This document shows, one piece after another, positions 17,863-27,720 of a stretch of 62,829 nt of DNA. The notes below the pieces were generated by a model that did no database searches, was not told the DNA's origin, and saw only the letters and a program-made list of their open reading frames with translations. Each line of letters begins with the position of its first letter. Position 1 is the stretch's first letter. The position numbers and the translations under genes are program-made. This DNA comes from Candidatus Saccharimonadota bacterium (GTDB lineage Bacteria; Patescibacteriota; Saccharimonadia; Saccharimonadales; 2-12-FULL-41-12). The DNA lies in NCBI GenBank assembly GCA_016219345.1, contig JACRNE010000002.1, positions 1 to 62,829 on the forward strand, read 5' to 3'.

Positions 17863-18843
17863 TTATCGTTTAAAAAGCCGGCGGATTTTTCGCTTTTTTC
17901 CGCCCTGCGAGACGCGCAAATATCGTTTTGTCGCAATCATTGCTGAAATTGCCCCTATACTTACGCCAGCAACTACCTGGAGAAGCACGAACCACCAGAA
18001 GTTTTGAGCGAAATAATCATTGGCATAACTTATATCTAGTAGGCCTAAACTGCTGGCGTCGAAGGCCTGTGACTGTAGCGCAAAAAGAAAATTCACCAAG
18101 CTAAGTGAAATAACCGCCGAAACCAAGCCATAGATCATAGTCTCAACCACGAATGGACCTTTTATGTACCATGGTTTTGCACCAAGTAACCTCATTATTG
18201 TTAGTTCGTTACGTCTGTTAAATATAGCCATCTGAATGGTGTTAAAAATTATCAGCATCGAAATAATTGCAAAGATTACCACTCCGCCGAACACCGCTTT
18301 TCTAAAGAAGGCTGTTGCTTTAGTTATTTTGTCTATTGCGTCTTTACGATCCCCTGAATAAGAGGTTTTGTCAGTATATTTACTTACTTCTTCGGTTTCT
18401 AGAACAGTTCTGATATCGTCGATTTTTAATGGGTCATATGGTTTTATCCTAATTGTTTCTGGCAGTGGGTTCTCCACCGCTGCAACTGCTATCAGCGCGT
18501 CAGTTTCATTCTCTGCTTTTTTCTCAGCCCTGTAATCTTCTAGGGCCTCTTCTTTGGAGATATATTCAACAGATTTTACATTAGATAGTCCCTTAAATTT
18601 TCCGATCAGCTCGTTACGCTGATCCTCTGTGACGGAATCCTTTAGGTAAACAGAGATTCCGATTTTGTCATTAATCTGCTGAACCGTGTTATTAAATGTA
18701 GCATTAGCGATGATGGAAAACAGCACAATCGTAAGTGTTACGACCATAACAGCCGTGGCGGCAATACTGAGTGAAATATTGCGCACAAAATTTATACAAC
18801 CTGCCTGAATTACCCTTGATAATGTTATTAATCGTCTCTGCAT
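17863..18843 (-). CDS. ftsX: cell-division ABC permease-like protein FtsX
   Basis: 326 aa; TM1, large extracytoplasmic loop, 3 C-terminal TMs; follows ftsE with a 2-nt gap. Confidence 0.9.
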   Translation of the reverse strand: MQRRLITLSRVIQAGCINFVRNISLSIAATAVMVVTLTIVLFSIIANATFNNTVQQINDKIGISVYLKDSVTEDQRNELIGKFKGLSNVKSVEYISKEEALEDYRAEKKAENETDALIAVAAVENPLPETIRIKPYDPLKIDDIRTVLETEEVSKYTDKTSYSGDRKDAIDKITKATAFFRKAVFGGVVIFAIISMLIIFNTIQMAIFNRRNELTIMRLLGAKPWYIKGPFVVETMIYGLVSAVISLSLVNFLFALQSQAFDASSLGLLDISYANDYFAQNFWWFVLLQVVAGVSIGAISAMIATKRYLRVSQGGKKRKIRRLFKR

Positions 18844-18845
18844 AA

Positions 18846-19529
18846 CTAAAGCTCGTAACTCCCGTTTGCTTTATCGCTAATTACCCTACCGTCTTTTATT
18901 GTAATTACTCGTCGTTTTAGCCTATTAACAATTTCTTGATTATGAGTAGTTAGGAGCACAGTAGTGCCATATTTATTTATTTTCTCCAATACGGCTATAA
19001 CATCCCAGGCATGTTTGGGATCAAGATTACCAGTTGGTTCATCTGCAATTAGAATTTTTGGTTGACGCACTATTGCCCTGGCAATAGCAACTCTTTGTGC
19101 TTCACCACCCGATAATTCTCTTGGGTAGCTACTTGCTTTACCTTTAAGCCCAACGATATTTAGAACTTTTGGAACTGTATAACGAATCTCTCTGTTGCTA
19201 GCTCCTGAAATTTCTCGAGCAAAAGCCACATTCTCAAACACTGTCTTATTCGGTAAAAGCTTGAAATCCTGAAAAACAACCCCAATCCTACGTCTTAAGG
19301 CTGGCACGTCTCTGTCTTTTAGTCTTTCGTAGTCTATTCCGCCGACGATTATCTTGCCGCTAGTTGGTTTTTCTTCTCTTGTTAATAGCTTCAAAAGTGT
19401 TGATTTACCGGCACCGCTCTGGCCGACAACAATAACAAACTCCTTCGGTTCGACATGAATACTCACGCGATCAAGAGCCGGTGTTTTTCTTTTTTTATAA
19501 TTTTTTGTTACTCGATCCAGCAGAATCAT
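18846..19529 (-). CDS. ftsE: cell-division ATP-binding protein FtsE
   Basis: Walker A GQSGAGKST, ABC signature LSGGEAQRV, Walker B ILIADEPT. Confidence 0.93.
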   Translation of the reverse strand: MILLDRVTKNYKKRKTPALDRVSIHVEPKEFVIVVGQSGAGKSTLLKLLTREEKPTSGKIIVGGIDYERLKDRDVPALRRRIGVVFQDFKLLPNKTVFENVAFAREISGASNREIRYTVPKVLNIVGLKGKASSYPRELSGGEAQRVAIARAIVRQPKILIADEPTGNLDPKHAWDVIAVLEKINKYGTTVLLTTHNQEIVNRLKRRVITIKDGRVISDKANGSYEL

Positions 19530-19563
19530 ATCTAATAATTATACCAAAACATTAGCAATAAGC

Positions 19564-20640
19564 TTATTTTATATTCCAGGAGTTAAAAGCATCAATAAAA
19601 TCATTCAACTCACCATCCAGCACCTTATCTGGATCTGATGATTCTTGCTTTGTGCGGAGATCTTTCACTTGCTTGTACGGATGAAGCACGTAGCTTCTAA
19701 TCTGGTTACCCCACTCGGCTGATTTATTGGGACCCTTTAGCTCTGATATTTTCTCGGAATGCTGCTCAATCTGAAGCTGTGCTAATTTGGATCTTAAAAT
19801 TTTTAGGGCAGTTTCTTTATTTTGGATCTGACTCCGTTCATTTTGGATCGAAACAGTAATGCCCGTGGGTATATGAGTGACTCGCACAGCTGAATCCGTC
19901 GTATTAACACTCTGCCCACCATGACCACCAGCCCTAAACACATCAATCCTTAGATCTTTTTCATCTATAGGAACTGTCTCGGGCTCATCAATTTCTGGCA
20001 ATACCTCGACCTTTGCGAAGCTAGTTTGCCGTAAGTTATTTGCGTTGAATGGGCTTAATCGAACTAACCTGTGAACACCATGTTCACCCTTTAATTTGCC
20101 GTAGGCTAGCTTCCCAGATATCTCTATACTGACACTCTTAATACCCGCTTCTTCACCTGATGATTCGTCTAGAATTTTCGCCTTGTAGCTGTTTGATTCT
20201 GCCCAGCGCAAGTACATTCGCTGCATCATGGCTGCCCAGTCCTGGGCGTCCGTCCCACCTGCTCCAGCGTGAATATCCAACAATGCGCTATGCTCATCAT
20301 AGGGACCGGCGTAGGCCAAATCCATGTGTAGCTTATTGTAAGTATCGCTGACTTTTCTAAACTGACTTTCAATATCTGAGCTTAATGATTCGTCTTCAAG
20401 CAAAGTTAGCTCTAGTAGATCATTAGCTTCATTTAAAATAGCCTTCCAAGAACTAATTTTTTCGTCAATCTCAGCGATATTCTGCATTATTTTAGTTGCT
20501 TTTTGATTATCTTCCCAGAAGTCGGACTTTTCGCTTTGTTTTTTTAGTTCTTCCCTCTTTGTCTCCATTTTTTTTAAATCAATTTTGGAGATATCTTGTT
20601 TGATCTCTGCAACTAGCCGCTTAATTATGTTCTGATCCAT
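19564..20640 (-). CDS. prfB: peptide chain release factor 2 (uninterrupted ORF, no programmed +1 frameshift site)
   Basis: SPF tripeptide (RLSPFNA) and GGQ ([23 protein letters not shown]); the N-terminus aligns through the usual frameshift region without a stop. Confidence 0.95.
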   Translation of the reverse strand: MDQNIIKRLVAEIKQDISKIDLKKMETKREELKKQSEKSDFWEDNQKATKIMQNIAEIDEKISSWKAILNEANDLLELTLLEDESLSSDIESQFRKVSDTYNKLHMDLAYAGPYDEHSALLDIHAGAGGTDAQDWAAMMQRMYLRWAESNSYKAKILDESSGEEAGIKSVSIEISGKLAYGKLKGEHGVHRLVRLSPFNANNLRQTSFAKVEVLPEIDEPETVPIDEKDLRIDVFRAGGHGGQSVNTTDSAVRVTHIPTGITVSIQNERSQIQNKETALKILRSKLAQLQIEQHSEKISELKGPNKSAEWGNQIRSYVLHPYKQVKDLRTKQESSDPDKVLDGELNDFIDAFNSWNIK

Positions 20641-20641
20641 C

Positions 20642-21238
20642 TTAACTAATCCTTAGGCTTTCAAAAGACTTTTGCCAAATATCTAGATTGTCTTGCCAGA
20701 CTTCCTCCGTCGACTCAGCAATCATAAAATAAACCGTATCCTCGCTAAATATAACCAGCAGTCTACCGTTCACGGGAGCATCTTCATATTTATAGCTAAA
20801 ATCCGAGATTACACCATCCCTCTCGCCTAACTTATAATCAGAGAATCCATTGAAAGACAGTTCCTTAGCTGCGGGATTTGTATTTGTCTTGCTCTTAAAT
20901 ATCTCGTAATATTCGCCGTTTTTGGCTTTTAGCTGTTTTATTATTTCATCCCTAGCTGAATCAATAACATCTTTACCGAAATACTGAGATTCAACCCTGA
21001 TGTGACTAATTAAACTTTGCTTCTCATTTTGTAGTCTGTGTTCGTAGTCAATGGTTGTTAACCCAGCCTGGACTTCCTGCATTTGATCTGGGACATCTAC
21101 AGCAATCTTTTGATTGGTCGTAGATACTGTTTTTAATTTTTTATAGTCAGTTCGATTATTAGACTGAAAATATACATATAAAGAAAAGCACAGCAGTGCA
21201 GCTGCGAAAAATAAAAATAGATATTTCTTCGATTTCAT
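20642..21238 (-). CDS. hypothetical exported protein
   Basis: 198 aa; signal/anchor MKSKKYLFLFFAAALLCFSLYVYF. Confidence 0.55.
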   Translation of the reverse strand: MKSKKYLFLFFAAALLCFSLYVYFQSNNRTDYKKLKTVSTTNQKIAVDVPDQMQEVQAGLTTIDYEHRLQNEKQSLISHIRVESQYFGKDVIDSARDEIIKQLKAKNGEYYEIFKSKTNTNPAAKELSFNGFSDYKLGERDGVISDFSYKYEDAPVNGRLLVIFSEDTVYFMIAESTEEVWQDNLDIWQKSFESLRIS

Positions 21239-21255
21239 TACCCTTTAACTATATA

Positions 21256-22542
21256 CTACTGCCAAAGAACGCTTATCTGCTTAGCTAGCCTATTAGCTGG
21301 ACGCCTGTCTACGCCGCCCAAAATACCGAGCCCCCAGTTATTTTCAGCAAAAAGATCATTGGCCCCTTTGACTATTTGTGATTTTGTAACGGATCTAATA
21401 TGCTCTGGTGTTTTGGTATATTCTTCTACGACGTCCTCGAAGAAATACCGGCCCATATACCCTGCAGATAGACCTGAAACGGTCTGAACATCACGCTGGA
21501 ACCTGCCAAGCCTGTACTGTTTCGCAGCCTTCAGATCATCTCTAGTTATCTTGCCGTTTTTAACTTCGTTAATTTCTTTGATCATTATGTCGAATAATTT
21601 TGAAGCGTTCTTAGGCTGAACTTGTGCGCCAAACCACCAATTAGTACAATTTTGATCAAAATGAATATTAGAATTCATACCATAAACTAGCCCATGCTCC
21701 CTCGCCGCACCTAAAATTCTAGAATGAAGAGTTTCTGTGAGCATACTGTTCACCAGGCTCATGGCGTGAAGTTCTTTGTCGCTCATTCTTCGCCTCATGA
21801 AAGTGTCTAGGTAAAAATAAAAGTTTTCGATTGTATCATTGGATATAAATAGAGGTTTTTTTAGCCCCTTTGGTTTTTCGATCGGTAATTTCTTCCTACC
21901 CTTTCCGCCAGGAAGTTCGATACTAGAAAGCCGGGACTTTATGTGAGAACGTCTGTTTGGTGATAGTTTTCCTGCTATTACAAATCTCATGTTACTGGTG
22001 TAGTGTGTTTTTTTATAGTGGTCGATCAAATCTTCTAGTTCTACGTTCTTAATCAGCTCCAAACGATTTTGATAAGTGGTAGACCGATATCCGTAGGCTT
22101 CCCTAAGCGCCAAACTAAGATGTCTGAAATGGTTGTTTGACCTGGCGGTTAGCTCTTCTTTGACGTTTCCGACTTCAGCATGAAATTCCTCTTCTAAAAA
22201 TAGCGGTTCGGTCAAAGGTAAAATCATTCGTTCTAAAATCCTCTTCCACTCAAAGTCAGCACATTCAGCCTCATAAGTTATGTCATAGGTGCTCGTACTA
22301 GCGTTTGAATAAGCACCATTTCTTTCAAAGTCAGCCTGAAAATCGCGCCCTCTTGGATATGATTTATTTGCTCCTAAAATCAAGTGTTCCATCAAATGGG
22401 GAACTTCCCATTTATCTTCAGAAACTAGATACTCGCCTGCTCTAAAACTAATATAGAAAGTCATTACACTTGCATCGGGAACATTAATAAATAGCCCCCT
22501 AGCCCCATTACTAAGCTCGGTCTCAGAAACGTAATGTCTCAC
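21256..22542 (-). CDS. M16 (pitrilysin/insulinase) family zinc peptidase
   Basis: Inverted zinc motif HLMEH near the N-terminus; size of 428 aa is typical. Confidence 0.85.
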   Translation of the reverse strand: MRHYVSETELSNGARGLFINVPDASVMTFYISFRAGEYLVSEDKWEVPHLMEHLILGANKSYPRGRDFQADFERNGAYSNASTSTYDITYEAECADFEWKRILERMILPLTEPLFLEEEFHAEVGNVKEELTARSNNHFRHLSLALREAYGYRSTTYQNRLELIKNVELEDLIDHYKKTHYTSNMRFVIAGKLSPNRRSHIKSRLSSIELPGGKGRKKLPIEKPKGLKKPLFISNDTIENFYFYLDTFMRRRMSDKELHAMSLVNSMLTETLHSRILGAAREHGLVYGMNSNIHFDQNCTNWWFGAQVQPKNASKLFDIMIKEINEVKNGKITRDDLKAAKQYRLGRFQRDVQTVSGLSAGYMGRYFFEDVVEEYTKTPEHIRSVTKSQIVKGANDLFAENNWGLGILGGVDRRPANRLAKQISVLWQ

Positions 22543-22543
22543 T

Positions 22544-25150
22544 CTATTTTTTTCTCTTAGCTTTCTTCTTGCGTTGTCGCTCAGCCTTGCGAGCTTTTTT
22601 GCGCTTATTTTTTACCTTACGGGCTCCTGCCTGTTCTTTCTCTTGCGTAACAAAGTCGGTCTCCTCAAACTCTTTCGCATCTAAAATCCTGTCTGCATTA
22701 TCCACCGAACCTCTGGCGGCCAAGGTTAGATCAGTTTCAACAGGTCTATTGATCTCCGTTGCCTCAACCGGTCTTGCGTGGAAAAGGGCTCTAACAATAT
22801 CGTGTCTCAGATCAATCTGCATTTGCTCAAAAATTATTTGCGCTTGTTTTCGGTATTCAACCAGTGGATCTTTCTGGCCCACTCCCATCCAGTGAATTCC
22901 TTCACGTAGATGCTCCATATTTTCAAGATGCTGCATCCAGAAATTGTCGAGGACTTGCAGGTAAATATCCCTCTCTATCTTGCGCAAAATTTCTGGAGTA
23001 AAGAGCTTTTCCTGTTCTTTGTACATCTTGTCGGCGGCTTTTGTGAGTGCTTGTTCAAACTTATCGGCTGGTGAATCAAATAGCTTGTCGAGAGTACTTT
23101 CATCAAATGGGAACACCTCTTTTAGAAATGCTTCGTAGTCCTCGGTTGTGGCCAGCGGTGAACTTGCTAAATCCTTAACTTCGGAGTGAATAAAAGTCTT
23201 AACTCGTGCACTTATATCTGCTTGCTTTAAGATTTCACGTCGCATTATGTAAGTAGCTTTTCTGTGGCGATTCATAACATCGTCATATTTGACTACGTTT
23301 TTACGTGTATCGAAGTTAAAGCCTTCAACTTTCTTTTGCGCACCCTCTAGACTCTTGCTAATTACTCTGTTTTCAACCGGAGTATCCTCATCGACATTAA
23401 GTCGCTCCATAACTCTTAGGATGCGGTCTCCTCCGAATATTCGCATAAGGTCGTCTTCACAGCTAACAAAGAATTGTGATGCTCCTGGGTCACCCTGACG
23501 TCCTGCCCTACCACGCAGCTGGTTATCGGTTCTTCGTGCTTCATGGCGTTCTGATCCTAATACAAACAATCCACCAGCCTTCTTTGCATCATCGTCCAAC
23601 ACAATGTCGGTACCACGACCAGCGATGTTAGTTGCGAGTGTAACCGCACCCTTCTGCCCAGCCTTAGCGACAATTGCAGCTTCTCTTTCGTTATTCTTAG
23701 CATTTAGAACTTGGTGAGGTATTCCCGATTTTTTAAGTAGACCGGATAGAATTTCGTTTTTCTCAATTGAGGCAGTACCAATCAAAACAGGCTGGCCTTT
23801 TTTATTTAATGCCTTAACTTCTTTGATTATAGCTCTGAATTTGGCCTGCTCGTTCTTATAGATCTTGTCTGGGTAGTCCTTTAGAATCAGCTTGCGGATT
23901 GGCGGAATTTCCAAAACTTCTAGTTTATAGATCATGTGGAATTCTTCTGCTTCAGTAAGCGCAGTACCGGTCATACCAGACAATTTCTCATATAGTCTGA
24001 AGTAGTTTTGGAAGCTAATTGTAGCTAAAGTTTGGGATTCTTCTTGAATCTCTACATTCTCTTTTGCCTCAATGGCCTGGTGCAAACCTTCATTGTAACG
24101 ACGACCAGCTAGAAGCCGCCCAGTAAACTCATCGACTATTACAATTTCGCCCTCTTTAGTCACAACGTAATCTTTGTCTCGCTTGAATAAAGCCTGGGCG
24201 CGCAGCGCTTTGTCCAAGTGATAAATTAGACGGATATTGCCCGTTCCGTAGAGGTTATCTATCCCTAAGATCTTTTCTACCTTATCTACTCCGTCATCAT
24301 TAAGGGCTACTTGTTTTCGTTTTTCATCCACCTCATAATGCTCATCCCGTTTTAAGGATCTAACAACTTTGGCAAACTGCTGGTAAGAACTACCGCTAGC
24401 AGTAGAAGGTGCAGAGATAATCAATGGTGTTCTAGCCTCATCGATCAAAATTGAGTCTACCTCGTCCACAATGGCAAAGTTGAGTTCACGCTGGCGGAGC
24501 TGATCTACTTCCCTAACCATATTGTCGCGCAAATAATCAAACCCGAATTCGTTATTTGTGCCATAGGTTATGTCTGCTTGGTAGGCTTCCTGTCGTGTGC
24601 ATGGCTTAAGATTTCGCATGCGCTTATCATCGTGATCCTTATTTTCATATTTTGGATCATAGATAAAAGATTGCTCCGGAATAATCACCCCAACACTAAG
24701 CCCCAAAAAGTCATAAACTTGGCTCATCCATCCAGCATCACGTTGAGCTAAGTAATCATTCACCGTAACGACGTGTACGCCCTTACCAGTTAGTGCGTTT
24801 AGATAAACTGGTGCAGTTGCTACTAATGTTTTACCTTCACCAGTTTTCATCTCTGTTACAGCACCAGAATGAAGACCCATCCCACCGATCAACTGCACAT
24901 CAAAGTGTCTTTGACCAAGTGTTCTCCTAGCTGCCTCACGTACGATAGCAAAAGCATCCGGCAAAATATCATCTAGTGTCTCTTTTTTTTCTAGTCTGGC
25001 TTTTAGTTTTGCGGTCTGAGATTTTAGATCTTTGTCTGATAATTTCTTATATTTAGCCTCCAGGGCATTTATGTCTTTTACCCTTTTGCTTAGACGCTTA
25101 ACAGTTCTAACCTGTGGGTCACCAAATACTTTCTTCAGAACTTTCTTCAT
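22544..25150 (-). CDS. secA: preprotein translocase ATPase SecA, with a polybasic C-terminal tail instead of the Cys-rich zinc-binding tail
   Basis: DEAD motor motifs (MKTGEGKTLVA; DEVDSILIDEARTPLIIS). The C-terminus RKVKNKRKKARKAERQRKKKAKRKK has no Cys/His. Start set at ATG 25148-25150 (MKKVLKKVFG). Confidence 0.96.
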   Translation of the reverse strand: MKKVLKKVFGDPQVRTVKRLSKRVKDINALEAKYKKLSDKDLKSQTAKLKARLEKKETLDDILPDAFAIVREAARRTLGQRHFDVQLIGGMGLHSGAVTEMKTGEGKTLVATAPVYLNALTGKGVHVVTVNDYLAQRDAGWMSQVYDFLGLSVGVIIPEQSFIYDPKYENKDHDDKRMRNLKPCTRQEAYQADITYGTNNEFGFDYLRDNMVREVDQLRQRELNFAIVDEVDSILIDEARTPLIISAPSTASGSSYQQFAKVVRSLKRDEHYEVDEKRKQVALNDDGVDKVEKILGIDNLYGTGNIRLIYHLDKALRAQALFKRDKDYVVTKEGEIVIVDEFTGRLLAGRRYNEGLHQAIEAKENVEIQEESQTLATISFQNYFRLYEKLSGMTGTALTEAEEFHMIYKLEVLEIPPIRKLILKDYPDKIYKNEQAKFRAIIKEVKALNKKGQPVLIGTASIEKNEILSGLLKKSGIPHQVLNAKNNEREAAIVAKAGQKGAVTLATNIAGRGTDIVLDDDAKKAGGLFVLGSERHEARRTDNQLRGRAGRQGDPGASQFFVSCEDDLMRIFGGDRILRVMERLNVDEDTPVENRVISKSLEGAQKKVEGFNFDTRKNVVKYDDVMNRHRKATYIMRREILKQADISARVKTFIHSEVKDLASSPLATTEDYEAFLKEVFPFDESTLDKLFDSPADKFEQALTKAADKMYKEQEKLFTPEILRKIERDIYLQVLDNFWMQHLENMEHLREGIHWMGVGQKDPLVEYRKQAQIIFEQMQIDLRHDIVRALFHARPVEATEINRPVETDLTLAARGSVDNADRILDAKEFEETDFVTQEKEQAGARKVKNKRKKARKAERQRKKKAKRKK

Positions 25151-25242
25151 TACAAAAACAATTTCCCTCAACTATTTCAAATACCTATTGTAACCTAAAT
25201 AATCCCTATAAAGCTACGTAATTTTCACAAATTGCTTAAGAT

Positions 25243-25605
25243 TTAGCGAGAATTTTTCAGGCGGTTGATTATCCGGCGGTGCAGCTTGGGATCACCATGT
25301 TTTTCTTTATACTTTTTGAGCCGGGTTTTTAGTTTATCCTCTGAGAGGTCAATTGCCTCTAGAAAACTTGAGGCTTTTTCGTGAACTGTTATGCGTTCTT
25401 TCGGCAATCTAACTATTACCTCACAAGTAAATCTTTTGGATTTGTCTTTACCCTTTGCTTCCTTTAGCTTCACATCTGCTTTCACTGACTCTCGTGATTT
25501 TCGTGAAGTGAATCTGTCCAGAGTACCAATTTTTTTATGTACATACAGCTCTAAATCTTTATTTAACTTAGTATGAACTCCGTCGATTTGAATGGTTTTT
25601 ATCAT
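25243..25605 (-). CDS. hpf: ribosome hibernation promoting factor / S30AE family protein
   Basis: 120 aa; IQIDGVHTKLNKDLELYVHKKIGTLDRF pattern; start overlaps the serS stop (ATGA). Confidence 0.8.
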   Translation of the reverse strand: MIKTIQIDGVHTKLNKDLELYVHKKIGTLDRFTSRKSRESVKADVKLKEAKGKDKSKRFTCEVIVRLPKERITVHEKASSFLEAIDLSEDKLKTRLKKYKEKHGDPKLHRRIINRLKNSR

Positions 25606-26903
25606 ATTTTTTCTCTCCCTCCCATATATTTTTGTAGAACCTTAGGAATAATTACGTCACCTTCTTTGGTCTGGTTATTTTCAACTATGGCTATAAGCGG
25701 TCTTTCGGAAAATACCGTTGCGTCATTTGTATGAACAAGCTTTGTTTTACCCTCATCGTCCTTGGATTTTGTCTTTCGTCTTCTCGCCTGGTAGTCAGTC
25801 ATATAATCTGCCGTGTGCGTCTCGCGGTAGGCACCCTGGCCGGCCATCCAACTGTTTATATCCCAGCCACTGGCATTTGGACCACCTATATCTGCACTAC
25901 ACTTCTGAATCAATTGATATGGGATTTCTAGCTCTTCCATTAGTTCTCTCTGAATAGCTACCAAAAGTTTGTGCTCATCCAGGCCGGTTGCTGCAGTAGA
26001 AAAACTTTCCATTTCCAGCTTATTAAACTGATGCAGACGAATAATTCCCTCTATGTCTTTACCGTACGATCCTGCCTCACGCCGGAATGCCGTTGTGTAT
26101 CCAACATATCTGAGTGGTAATTCATCCTTTGTAAATGTCTCGCCCTGATGCATTGGTACTAAAGTATGTTCCGCACTGGCGTTTAGCCAAAGATCGTCTT
26201 CAGCTAATTTGTAGGTAGTTTCTTCTTTATCCAGACGAGCTGTTGCATCGTAGATTTCTGTTTTGGCGAGTGCAGGCGGCAGCACTGGAACAAATGGCTT
26301 GTCACTGACCTTTAGTCTGTACTTTTCTACAACTTCTTTTATGAATTTACTGTCGCTTAGTTTGTCTATTCCATATTGCATTAAAGCCATTTCTAGCCTG
26401 ACTAAATCACCCTTCAGGTAGACAAATCTTGAGCCAGCGACTTTTGCTGCCCGTTTTTTATCTATCCAATCTTTTGCTTCGCCTATTTCTATGTGGCTTT
26501 TCGGCTTAAACCCTAGCTCTTTTGGCTTTCCAACTTCCTGGGCAATCACATTTTCATCTTCGCTAGCACCAACCGGCACTTCATCAAGAGGCATGTTTGG
26601 GACTTGCTTCAAAAGGTTATTAAGCTGGAGTGATATAGAGTCTAGCTTATGCTCTAGATCTGTTAGATCTTCTTTTAGAGCCTTGCCTTTTTCTAAATCT
26701 TCATCAGAGGGCTTGCCCTTGTTTTGCTTAAAGGCGGCTGCATGTTCGTTGCGCTCTCTTCTTTTTTCTTCTACCTGCAAAAGAAGTTCTCGCCACTCTT
26801 TATCAAATCCCAAAAGCTGAGGGACATCGACTTTTATATTCTTTTGAAGAGCTTTTTCTTCAACAACTTTTGGGTTATCGCGAATAAACTGAATATCAAT
26901 CAT
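25602..26903 (-). CDS. serS: serine--tRNA ligase
   Basis: N-terminal coiled-coil arm (MIDIQFIRDNPKVVEEK...) and class II core (FRREAGSYGKDIEGIIRLHQFNKLEME). Confidence 0.97.
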   Translation of the reverse strand: MIDIQFIRDNPKVVEEKALQKNIKVDVPQLLGFDKEWRELLLQVEEKRRERNEHAAAFKQNKGKPSDEDLEKGKALKEDLTDLEHKLDSISLQLNNLLKQVPNMPLDEVPVGASEDENVIAQEVGKPKELGFKPKSHIEIGEAKDWIDKKRAAKVAGSRFVYLKGDLVRLEMALMQYGIDKLSDSKFIKEVVEKYRLKVSDKPFVPVLPPALAKTEIYDATARLDKEETTYKLAEDDLWLNASAEHTLVPMHQGETFTKDELPLRYVGYTTAFRREAGSYGKDIEGIIRLHQFNKLEMESFSTAATGLDEHKLLVAIQRELMEELEIPYQLIQKCSADIGGPNASGWDINSWMAGQGAYRETHTADYMTDYQARRRKTKSKDDEGKTKLVHTNDATVFSERPLIAIVENNQTKEGDVIIPKVLQKYMGGREKI

Positions 26904-26916
26904 GCTTTAATTATAC

Positions 26917-27681
26917 CTATTTATTCAAATGCTTAAGAGTTAGTTCGGTCCTGGCTCGTGCGTAGGTGCAGAATTCGCATGGGCCGCCCATGGCTGCCAC
27001 ACCTACTTCAGGTATCTCACCTTCCATACATTCTTTCATTTTTATAATTGCCGGCTCCACCCACCCATCATTGCCTTCGTACTCTATAACTTTAGTCCTA
27101 AACTCTAGTCGATCGCCAAAACCCTCTACGTCCATCCGGGCGTTTGTATAAACAAAATAGCCTTTTGGACTTACCTTAAACCCCTTTTGGCGCAGAAGCC
27201 ACTGGTATACTTCCATCTGGCGCTTGTACATAATTTGCCAGTCAGAATCTAGTGTAATCTCTGCATTTTTTGAAGTTGCTTTGTAGTCTACTACTATTAA
27301 TTCGCCTGTTTTGCTTTCCCATACATCATCAACTGCCCCAAAAATATGTAGGTTAGTTGGCTCGTGCTCAATAGCTACACCACTGAAGTTATGTCGCCAT
27401 GTATCCAGATCTTCGTGTGCAAACGGTATGGCTTGAATTTTATTTTCCGCCATCAGTGGATGCGGTTTTTTTTGAGCCCTGTAGCTATCAAATTCTTTTT
27501 TATATAGCTCGTCTATTGTTTTGTTGATCTGAAACGGCGGCCCACTAGGACGTTTAATTTTCATGCGAACGTCTAGCCAAAAACATCTAGGGCACTGAGT
27601 AAAAAGCTCAATTTTACTTCGAGACAATTTAAATATTTCTTTTTGCCCAGGCTTGTAGGCAGCACTACGCGAATAACCCAT
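26917..27681 (-). CDS. stand-alone PD-(D/E)XK nuclease, Cas4/RecB-like, with a Cys cluster
   Basis: N-terminal CPRC; GAVDDV...VVDYKATSK (D...D/E-x-K); QMEVYQWLL (QxxxY); C-terminal KEC...PCEFC. Confidence 0.7.
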   Translation of the reverse strand: MGYSRSAAYKPGQKEIFKLSRSKIELFTQCPRCFWLDVRMKIKRPSGPPFQINKTIDELYKKEFDSYRAQKKPHPLMAENKIQAIPFAHEDLDTWRHNFSGVAIEHEPTNLHIFGAVDDVWESKTGELIVVDYKATSKNAEITLDSDWQIMYKRQMEVYQWLLRQKGFKVSPKGYFVYTNARMDVEGFGDRLEFRTKVIEYEGNDGWVEPAIIKMKECMEGEIPEVGVAAMGGPCEFCTYARARTELTLKHLNK

Positions 27682-27720
27682 TAACTATTAGTATACGACG
27701 AATCAACGGTTCCTGAATAA

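Noticed and set aside
19564-20640. Expected programmed +1 frameshift in prfB.
   Set aside because: The ORF is continuous from Met1 through the region homologous to the E. coli shift site (DLKKMETKREELKK...). Many bacteria lack the frameshift, so this is not anomalous.
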